Source: an uncultured Akkermansia sp. (lineage in GTDB: Bacteria; Verrucomicrobiota; Verrucomicrobiia; Limisphaerales; UBA9464). From it: 61,058 nucleotides of DNA. Below the pieces are notes generated by a model. The model was not told the DNA's origin. It saw only the letters and a list, made by a program, of their open reading frames with translations, and searched no databases. Every line of letters begins with the position of its first letter. Position 1 is the stretch's first letter. Positions 9,158 through 20,359 of the stretch are shown in pieces. The translations under genes and the position numbers were made by a program. The DNA lies in assembly GCA_964386625.1 (NCBI GenBank), contig CAYLTF010000001.1:1-61058 (forward strand). Direction: 5' to 3'.

Positions 9158-9808
9158 ATGAAGCCGTTTTCCAAATTGGGTTCCCTTGCCCTCGTGGTCG
9201 TCCTGTCCCTCGCCGCCGGATGCAAGAAGGGGCAGAAGAACTACACCCCGCTGCCGGGTTATTCGGGCACGCCCGGAGCCTCGTCGGGTCTGGGCAAGGG
9301 GCAGCCGATCCTGCCGCCCGCCCGTCCGTTGACCCCCGATGGCGCCGGCTCCAATGGTGCCGATTCGGTCAACCGGGTCGACAATCCCGATGGTCCGAGC
9401 GGTCAGCCGTCGCGGGAAGAGATCGAGGGAATGCTGGCCAATCGCGAGCAGTTCAAGGCCAACACCGTGTATTTCGACTACGACAAGTCTGTGGTGAAGG
9501 CCGAGGGCAAGGCCAACCTCCAGGCCGTGGCCACCTATCTCAAGGCCCACTCCGACAACAAGGTGGCCATCGAGGGCCATTGCGATGAGCGAGGCACCGA
9601 AGAGTACAACCGTGCGTTGGGCGAGCGTCGTGCGCTTTCGGCCCGGGACGCCCTCATCGGTCTGGGCATCGGTGCCGACCGCGTCGTGACGCGCAGTTTC
9701 GGTGAAGACAAGCCGGCGGAACTCGGCCACGACGAGGCGGCCTGGAGCAAGAATCGCCGAGCCGAGTTCATCCTGCTGACCCCGCCTCCCGCGGGTGGCC
9801 TTCGCTGA
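9158..9808 (+). CDS. pal: Peptidoglycan-associated lipoprotein (OmpA-like C-terminal domain)
   Basis: Lipobox LSLAAGC. The OmpA/Pal domain reads VYFDYDKSVV...IEGHCDERGTEEYNRALGERRALSARDAL...NRRAEFIL. Confidence 0.9.
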   Translation: MKPFSKLGSLALVVVLSLAAGCKKGQKNYTPLPGYSGTPGASSGLGKGQPILPPARPLTPDGAGSNGADSVNRVDNPDGPSGQPSREEIEGMLANREQFKANTVYFDYDKSVVKAEGKANLQAVATYLKAHSDNKVAIEGHCDERGTEEYNRALGERRALSARDALIGLGIGADRVVTRSFGEDKPAELGHDEAAWSKNRRAEFILLTPPPAGGLR

Positions 9809-9858
9809 CGCGGGGATCGGGTCAGTGCTGCAATTCAGGGGGAATTGAGTCCCTCCAC

Positions 9859-9890
9859 AAAAAACCCGCCCGGAAATGGGCGGGTTTTTT
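9859..9890. terminator. Bidirectional rho-independent terminator between convergent pal and aceE
   Basis: A-tract, then 8-bp perfect stem acccgccc/gggcgggt with a 6-nt loop, then a T6 tract (aaaaaacccgcccggaaatgggcgggtttttt). Confidence 0.7.
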
Positions 9891-10016
9891 CGCGTTCATC
9901 CATCCGGGCGCTCTGCCGTTGGTTCGGACTCGTGGCCCGGGCTCACCCCGCATCCGTGGATGCGGGGTGACGGGTCTTGGGACGGCCGCAAGTCGTGACT
10001 CGGCCTCGGGGCCGGC

Positions 10017-12809
<2,793 letters not shown>

Positions 12810-12912
12810 TTGGGCCGCACTGCCAAGCGCAGCGTTGGCCGTTTCAAGGGAACGAATCCTGAGAAGAAGCGGGCTTTGGATCGATCTTCGTCGTTCGCGA
12901 TGCCCGGTCTGC

Positions 12913-14223
12913 TCAGGATGCCAGGGGGATCAGGTCGGTGCCCAGGTAGGGTCGCAGCGGTTCCGGCACCCGGATGCTGCCGTCGGACTGCTGATGGGTC
13001 TCCACCAGGGCCACGAACAACCGAGCCAGCGCGGTGCCGGAGCCATTGAGCAGGTGGGGGAAGAGGTTCTGACCGTCCGATTCCCGCTTGAAGCGCAGGT
13101 TCATGCGCCGGGATTGGTAGTCTTCGCAGTTGGAGCAGCTGGACACCTCGAGATAGGTGCCCTGGCCCGGGGCCCAGACCTCGATGTCGTAGGTCTTGGC
13201 CGAGGCGAAGCCCATGTCGCCCGTGCAGAGGTTGATCACCCGGTAGTGCAGCCCGAGCCGCTGCAACACGGTCTCGGCGTTCTGGACCATCTTCTCCAGC
13301 TCCTCGTAGCCCTGGTCGGGATGCACCACTTTGATCAACTCGACCTTGTCGAACTGATGGACCCGGATCATTCCCCGGGTTCCCAGTCCGGCTGCGCCCG
13401 CCTCGGCCCGGAAGCAGGGCGAGTAGGCGCAATAGCGCACCGGCAGCTGCTTCTCGGCGAGGATCTCCTCCCGGTGGATGTTGGCCACCGGGGCCTCGGC
13501 CGTCGGCAGCAGGTAGAGCTTGCCCATCGTCGAGGCGTCGAGGCCTTCCTGCACGGCATAGGCCTGGTCGCGGAACTTCGGGAACTGCCCCACGCCCACC
13601 ATGCAGTGCTCGCCGATGATGTACGGCGGGGCCACTTCGGTGTAGCCATGCTCACGCAGGTGAAGATCCAGCAGGAAGTTGATCAGCGCCCGCTCGAGGC
13701 GCGCACCCCAACCGGTGTAGAGCAGGAAGCCCGATCCGCTGAGCTTGGCCCCGCGGGCGAAGTCGATGAGCCGCAGCTTCTCGCACAGTTCCACATGGTT
13801 GAGCGGCTTGAAGTCGAACTCGGCCTTTCTCCCGTGGACGCGGATCTCGGGATTGTCGGCGGCATCCTTGCCCAGGGCCACGCTGGCGTGGGGCAGGTTG
13901 GGGATCATCAGCAGCAGGGCGTCCCGAGCCGCCTCGGCCTGGGCCGCGGCCTTGTCGAGTTCAGCGATCCGGTCGCCCAGGGTGCGCACCTCGGCCTTCT
14001 TGGCCTCGGCCTCCTCCAGGCGCTTCTGGCCGATGAGTCCCCCGATCTCTTTCGAGGCGCTGTTGCGACGAGCCTTGAGTTGCTCGGCCTCGGCAAGCGC
14101 GGTCCGGCGGGTCTCATCCAGCGCCAGCACCTCGGTCACCTTCGCCTCGTCGCCGGCGTTCCGCGTGGCCAATCGCTCCCGGACGAACTCGGTCCGTTCG
14201 CGCAACAACTTCATGTCGAGCAT
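12913..14223 (-). CDS. serS: Seryl-tRNA synthetase
   Basis: N-terminal coiled coil (MLDMKLLRERTEFVRERL...) and class II core motifs (FRAEAGAAGLGTRGMIRVHQFDKVE, GSGTALARL). Confidence 0.95.
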   Translation of the reverse strand: MLDMKLLRERTEFVRERLATRNAGDEAKVTEVLALDETRRTALAEAEQLKARRNSASKEIGGLIGQKRLEEAEAKKAEVRTLGDRIAELDKAAAQAEAARDALLLMIPNLPHASVALGKDAADNPEIRVHGRKAEFDFKPLNHVELCEKLRLIDFARGAKLSGSGFLLYTGWGARLERALINFLLDLHLREHGYTEVAPPYIIGEHCMVGVGQFPKFRDQAYAVQEGLDASTMGKLYLLPTAEAPVANIHREEILAEKQLPVRYCAYSPCFRAEAGAAGLGTRGMIRVHQFDKVELIKVVHPDQGYEELEKMVQNAETVLQRLGLHYRVINLCTGDMGFASAKTYDIEVWAPGQGTYLEVSSCSNCEDYQSRRMNLRFKRESDGQNLFPHLLNGSGTALARLFVALVETHQQSDGSIRVPEPLRPYLGTDLIPLAS

Positions 14224-14287
14224 GGATGCAGCCTACGAAAGCCTGAGGTCGAAGGAGAACGGAATTCCTCAGGCGGAATCCGCCGCA

Positions 14288-14623
14288 TCAGTTCCCGGGG
14301 GATCCCGAGAAACGCTCGAAGAGCGCCATCGCCTGCGAGGTGTGCACCCTGAATTGGTCGCCGAGGAATCCGGATTCCGGGGTGCGCTGCCGCCAATACA
14401 CGACGCTGTTCTTGACCTCGGTGAGGTGGCGGCACCGGGAAAAGTCGCCGACCACCTCCCGGTAATGCGCCTCGTGGAGGCCGCACCACGGCTTGAGCAA
14501 GGCGGCCCAGAATCTTTGGGAAGGCGTGCGGAGTTCGCGGGCCAGGATCGCCAGGGCCTCGTCCGGAGTGCAACCCCGGGCTTCGCAGATCCGCTGTTCG
14601 AATGTCTTCGGCAAGGCATTCAT
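14288..14623 (-). CDS. Hypothetical protein
   Basis: 111-aa ORF with balanced composition and high third-position GC, upstream of serS on the same strand. The two overlapping minus-strand ORFs are Arg/Pro-rich and look like frame artefacts. No family recognised. Confidence 0.5.
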   Translation of the reverse strand: MNALPKTFEQRICEARGCTPDEALAILARELRTPSQRFWAALLKPWCGLHEAHYREVVGDFSRCRHLTEVKNSVVYWRQRTPESGFLGDQFRVHTSQAMALFERFSGSPGN

Positions 14624-14910
14624 GGACAGAGTGCTTGAAAAACCGAGATGTCTGATCCGGATTGATCAAAACCATCCCGTAACGAGCGACTAGGAGCGGG
14701 GCCGCTCGATCCTTCAGGTGGGTTCATCAGGAATGTTTCTGAAAAGGGTTTCTACACCTTTTATGGCAGTCCGCGATTCAAAAAAGTGCGGCCTGGAAGA
14801 TAAAATTTGTAACAACTCCGTGGTCGCCATCGTCCCTGTAGTGGCTGGGAAAAGTTGCCCAAATCCGTGCTTGCCATGGTCCGGCGATTGGCGATGGCTT
14901 CTTCACAGCC

Positions 14911-15165
14911 ATGGACCCGCAAGGTTCTCCCCCCTCCCGTGTTCCCCCGCCGTTCGTCAACGCCGCGTCACCGCGTCGTCGGCGGTCCGGGTGGGTGCAT
15001 CGTGCCAAGCGGTGGTTCGACAAGATCCCGGATCGCTTGGCCGAGCGGAAGCTCAACGGGTACCAGGTGGTCGTCATGGTCCTGGTCTGCTATGCGGTCT
15101 ACCGCTTCGTGATTCCCATGTTCGACCGGGATTTCGGCGGTGGCGGCGGTGGCGGTGAAGGGTGA
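14911..15165 (+). CDS. Small hypothetical membrane protein (one TM helix, Gly-rich tail)
   Basis: The C-terminal two thirds (AKRWFDKIPDRLAERKLNGYQVVVMVLVCYAVYRFVIPMFDRDFGGGGGGGEG) has good codon bias and a TM helix. The start codon is uncertain. Confidence 0.4.
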   Translation: MDPQGSPPSRVPPPFVNAASPRRRRSGWVHRAKRWFDKIPDRLAERKLNGYQVVVMVLVCYAVYRFVIPMFDRDFGGGGGGGEG

Positions 15166-15284
15166 TGGCCGGGGTGATGGGCATCCCCCGATCGGGGAAC
15201 CCTCGGTCGCAAGCCACGCGGCTCCGTCCGTTTTGATCTTCCCACGCCCGGAAGCCTCGCGTTCACTCGCGTGTCTTTTTCGAC

Positions 15285-16516
<1,232 letters not shown>

Positions 16517-16526
<10 letters not shown>

Positions 16527-17182
16527 TCTCCGGGACTCCCCCCGCTTCTGGATCCGTCCGGGGTCCAGTCGGCGGGGGTGTTCCAATTGATCAGGGCCCG
16601 GTGGTCTTCCGGGCATGCGTCCCAGGGGGCCATCCAGCCGGCCTCGAGGCCTCGGCGGCAGAATTCCTGCACCGAGGCCTTTCTGTTTTCAGGCGGGTGC
16701 TCAAGGTGCGCTCTCGCGAAGGGCCAGGAATGGTTCGGATAGATCGCGGCCAGGGGCTCCAGCCGGCCATCATGACGCGGGACGCATCCCGACCCGGGGC
16801 GGATCCCGGCCATGAGTCGCTGCAGCCAGGCGGACGACATCGCGGGCAGATCGACGGCGAGGAAGAGCGTCCACCCGTCCCCGGGCCCCGGATGAAGTCC
16901 GCGAGCCCATCGGAGTCCGCATTCCACGCCGGCCAGCGGGCCCAGACCGGGCCGGAGGTCCCGGAGCAGCGGGACTCCTTCGGGAGCCGGGGGCAGGGGA
17001 TCGCGATCCGCCGGTCCGGCCGCGATGGCGAGATCCCGGATGCCCGCCGCCGCCAGAAGGCCGAGCTGCCGCAAGAGCAGCGGTTGGCCACCCGCCTCGA
17101 GCCAGGCCTTGTCGCGGCCCATCCGAAGCGAACGCCCCCCGGCGAGGATCACTCCGCTGAGTTGTTCGGGTACCCGGAACAC
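16517..17182 (-). CDS. mobA: Molybdenum cofactor guanylyltransferase
   Basis: [20 protein letters not shown]-terminal motif and LFLAVDLP motif. GTG start at 17182. The 3' end overlaps the argG 3' end by 10 nt (convergent). Confidence 0.8.
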
Positions 17183-17322
17183 CCGTCCAGCCTTTCCCCA
17201 ATCCGGCGGATTGTCACTGGGCGAGCCGGCGAACGTGTCGACCGCTCCGGCCCACCGATGTTCCGGGCCCGGCTTGACGAAGCTCCTTGCCCCCGGGCCG
17301 GGTGCCGGGTTTTCCTCCGCCC

Positions 17323-18066
17323 ATGTCTCAATTGGAAAATCAAGTCGCGGTGGTGACGGGAGCAGGTCGCGGGATCGGTCGGGCCATCGCCCTGCGTTTC
17401 GCCCAGGCGGGTGCCGATGTGGTGGTCGTCTCGCGCACCGCCGAGAACTCCGAGAAGACCGCAGCGGAGATCCGGGCCCTCGGCCGGAAGGCCTGGGCCT
17501 TGGCGGTCGACGTGTCCGATCCGGCCGCGATCGCGACGGCGGCCGAGACCCTCCTGGAGCAGGCAGGGCGGGTGGACATCCTGGTCAACAACGCCGGCGT
17601 GACCAAGGATGGTCTGCTCATGCGCATGAGCGAATCCGACTGGGACACCGTGCTCGACACCAACCTGCGTGGCGCGTTCCTGTTCACCAAGGCGTTGACC
17701 CGCACCTTTCTCAAGCAGCGCTCCGGCAGGATCATCAATCTGGCCAGCGTCATCGGGCTCATCGGCAATGCCGGCCAGGCGAATTATGCGGCCAGCAAGG
17801 CGGGCCTGATCGGGTTCACCAAATCGGTGGCCAAGGAATTCGGTTCCCGTGGGGTGACCTGCAATGCCATCGCCCCCGGGTTCATCGAGACCGACATGAC
17901 GGCCGCGCTGAACGACGCTCAGAAAGAGGCGATCCTCAAGCAGATCCCGCTCGGGTCTCTCGGGCAGGCGTCCGACATCGCCGAAGCGGCCCTGTATCTG
18001 GCCGGTCCTGGGGGACGCTACATCACCGGACAGGTGCTCACCGTCGACGGCGGCATGGTGATGTGA
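17323..18066 (+). CDS. fabG: 3-oxoacyl-[ACP] reductase
   Basis: VTGAGRGIGRAIA, NNAGV, YAASKAG and the SDR fold. Position upstream of acpP-fabF supports the call. Start at ATG 17323. Confidence 0.9.
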   Translation: MSQLENQVAVVTGAGRGIGRAIALRFAQAGADVVVVSRTAENSEKTAAEIRALGRKAWALAVDVSDPAAIATAAETLLEQAGRVDILVNNAGVTKDGLLMRMSESDWDTVLDTNLRGAFLFTKALTRTFLKQRSGRIINLASVIGLIGNAGQANYAASKAGLIGFTKSVAKEFGSRGVTCNAIAPGFIETDMTAALNDAQKEAILKQIPLGSLGQASDIAEAALYLAGPGGRYITGQVLTVDGGMVM

Positions 18067-18079
18067 CCCCTCCCCGGGA

Positions 18080-18565
18080 ATGGCGTCGAGTCAGGGGGAG
18101 TTGACCTTGGGGTGGGGCGGATCCCGGGAACGGGATCCCGCACCCGCTCCCCCGCCCGAGTCCGTGGCGCCGGACGAACCGCTCCCGGATTGGCTTGCCC
18201 GGTTGAGTCCCGACGACCTGCGCCGTGTCGCCAGCCTCGCCCGGGAGCGGCGGCCCCTGGTGTTCCTCGTGGACGCCCGAGCCCGTTGGAATCTGGTGCG
18301 TCCCCGGTTGCCGTTGGCCGGATTCGATGCCGTGGACTTCCACGACCAGGCGGATGGCGATTTCCGGATCATCGCCTTCTCCGACACCGGTCCCCGGGAA
18401 TTGGAGCACCTGATGAAGTGCCTGCGACAGACCCGCCCCCCGCGGGCCGCGGCCTGCGAGCGGATCCGCTGGAGCGGTCCCGAATTGTCTGCGTTGGCCC
18501 GACGCGGGGAACGCGCGGGGTGCGATGCCCCTTCCGTCGTGTCGGTGGCGGAGAAAAATTCCTGA
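18080..18565 (+). CDS. Hypothetical protein inserted between fabG and acpP
   Basis: 161-aa ORF with high third-position GC. No recognisable motif. The antisense ORF 18091..18750 has shadow-like composition. Confidence 0.5.
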   Translation: MASSQGELTLGWGGSRERDPAPAPPPESVAPDEPLPDWLARLSPDDLRRVASLARERRPLVFLVDARARWNLVRPRLPLAGFDAVDFHDQADGDFRIIAFSDTGPRELEHLMKCLRQTRPPRAAACERIRWSGPELSALARRGERAGCDAPSVVSVAEKNS

Positions 18566-18573
18566 ACGGGCGC

Positions 18574-18602
18574 TTGACGGTCGGGAGTCTCACGCCTAGA
18601 CA
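18574..18602 (+). promoter_or_regulatory. Candidate sigma70-type promoter for acpP
   Basis: TTGACG, 17-nt spacer, TAGACA, about 24 nt upstream of the acpP ATG. The -10 box is weak and PVC promoter consensus is poorly defined. Confidence 0.25.
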
Positions 18603-18625
18603 GGCGCCCGAACGAGACATTTACC

Positions 18626-18871
18626 ATGGCTGAAAAAACCATCGAGCAGCGGATCAAGGACATCATCATCGAGCAACTGGGCGTGACCGCCGACCAGGTG
18701 ACTCCCGAGGCCAAGTTCATCGAGGACTTGGGCGCTGACTCCCTCGACACCGTCGAGTTGGTGATGGCCCTGGAGGAGGAATTCGGTCTGGAGATCCCGG
18801 ACGACGAGGCTGAGAAGCTTCAGAGCGTTGGCGACGTCATCAAGCACGTCGAGGACTCCCAGGCCAAGTAA
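18626..18871 (+). CDS. acpP: Acyl carrier protein
   Basis: 81 aa with the [19 protein letters not shown] phosphopantetheine-attachment motif. Confidence 0.95.
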   Translation: MAEKTIEQRIKDIIIEQLGVTADQVTPEAKFIEDLGADSLDTVELVMALEEEFGLEIPDDEAEKLQSVGDVIKHVEDSQAK

Positions 18872-18891
18872 GCCCGCGATCCCTTCCCAAC

Positions 18892-18924
18892 AGGGCAGCC
18901 CGTCCTTCGGAGCTGCCCTTTTTC
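18892..18924 (+). terminator. Rho-independent terminator/attenuator after acpP
   Basis: 8-bp stem agggcagc/gctgccct enclosing a small inner stem, followed by TTTTT. Confidence 0.6.
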
Positions 18925-19011
18925 ATTGCAATCACTCCGTAAACAGGAGTCCGCACCCGGGTTGACGCAAGCTTGTCTGTGCCCGACGGGTGGATACCCT
19001 GTCCCCGAATT

Positions 19012-20271
19012 ATGTCGAATGCTTGGTCTGAACGCCGCGTGGTCGTGACCGGTCTGGGTTGTGCCTCCCCGCTGGGGCTCGATGCCGACACCGTCTGGAA
19101 GAACATCCTTGCCGGGAAGTGCGGCGTGGGCCGGGTGGGGGCCTTCGACATCTCCGCCTACGACTGCCAGATCGCCGCCGAGGTGCGGGATTTCGACCCG
19201 GTGCCGGCGTTCCCGAGCCCCAAGGAGGTCCGCCGTTCCGACCGCTTCACCCACTTCGGCGTCTATGCCGGTTGGGGCGCCCTCAAGGACTCCGGCCTGA
19301 ACCTGGAGTCCGAGAACCGGGACGATATCGGCGTCTACATCGGTTCGGGCATCGGCGGTCTGCACACCACCGAGGAACAGCACAAGATCCTGTTGGCCAA
19401 GGGGCCTGGGCGCGTCAGCCCGTTCATGATCCCGATGCTGATCCTGAACATGTCGTCGGGCCTGTTCGCCCTCTACAACAACCTCCGCGGTCCCAATTTC
19501 GCCACCTGCTCGGCCTGTGCGACCAGCAATCACGCGATCGGCGAGGCCTGGTGGGCCATCAAACGGGGCGACGCCTCGGTCATGTTCGCCGGGGGCACCG
19601 AGGCCACCATCGTGCCGCTGGGCATGAGCGGCTTCGCGGCCATGAAGGCCATGTCCACCCGGAACGAGGACCCTCAGCACGCCAGCCGCCCGTTCGACCG
19701 CGATCGCGACGGGTTTGTCATGGGCGAGGGCGCGGCGGTGCTGGTGCTCGAGGAATTGGAGCATGCCAAGAAGCGCGGTGCCCGCATCTACTGCGAGATC
19801 GTGGGCTACGGCAACACCTGTGACGCGAACCACATGACCTCGCCGGATCCGGAGGGGGCTGGTGCGGCCCGGGCCATCCAGATGGGCCTCAAGCACGCGC
19901 GGATGCGTCCCGAGGAGATCGATTACGTCAACGCGCACGCCACCAGCACGCCGGTCGGCGACGTCTGCGAGACCCAGGCCATCAAGCGGGTCTTCGGCGA
20001 TCATGCCCGGAAGCTGGCGATCAGCTCCACCAAGGGGGCGACGGGCCACATGCTCGGCGCCGCCGGCGGCATCGAGTCGCTGCTTTGCTGCAAGGCGCTC
20101 GAGGCCCAGGTGGCCCCGCCGACCATCAATCTCGAGAATCCGGACCCGCAGTGCGATCTGGACTACATCCCGCACACCCCGCGCCCGATGAAGATCGACG
20201 CCTTCCTGAACAATTCGTTCGGGTTCGGAGGCCACAATGCGATCGTGATCGGAAAGCGGTTCGTGGGCTGA
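19012..20271 (+). CDS. fabF: 3-oxoacyl-[ACP] synthase II
   Basis: RVVVTGLG, active-site ATCSACATS, HATSTPVGD and NSFGFGGHNA motifs. Start at ATG 19012. Confidence 0.95.
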   Translation: MSNAWSERRVVVTGLGCASPLGLDADTVWKNILAGKCGVGRVGAFDISAYDCQIAAEVRDFDPVPAFPSPKEVRRSDRFTHFGVYAGWGALKDSGLNLESENRDDIGVYIGSGIGGLHTTEEQHKILLAKGPGRVSPFMIPMLILNMSSGLFALYNNLRGPNFATCSACATSNHAIGEAWWAIKRGDASVMFAGGTEATIVPLGMSGFAAMKAMSTRNEDPQHASRPFDRDRDGFVMGEGAAVLVLEELEHAKKRGARIYCEIVGYGNTCDANHMTSPDPEGAGAARAIQMGLKHARMRPEEIDYVNAHATSTPVGDVCETQAIKRVFGDHARKLAISSTKGATGHMLGAAGGIESLLCCKALEAQVAPPTINLENPDPQCDLDYIPHTPRPMKIDAFLNNSFGFGGHNAIVIGKRFVG

Positions 20272-20359
20272 CGGTTCCATCCCGGTGGCCGCGGCCGGCC
20301 TGGTCCGGGATCTCTCTCCATGCTTCCACGGGGCTCCGGGTCCGTTCAGTCTCCGGGGC

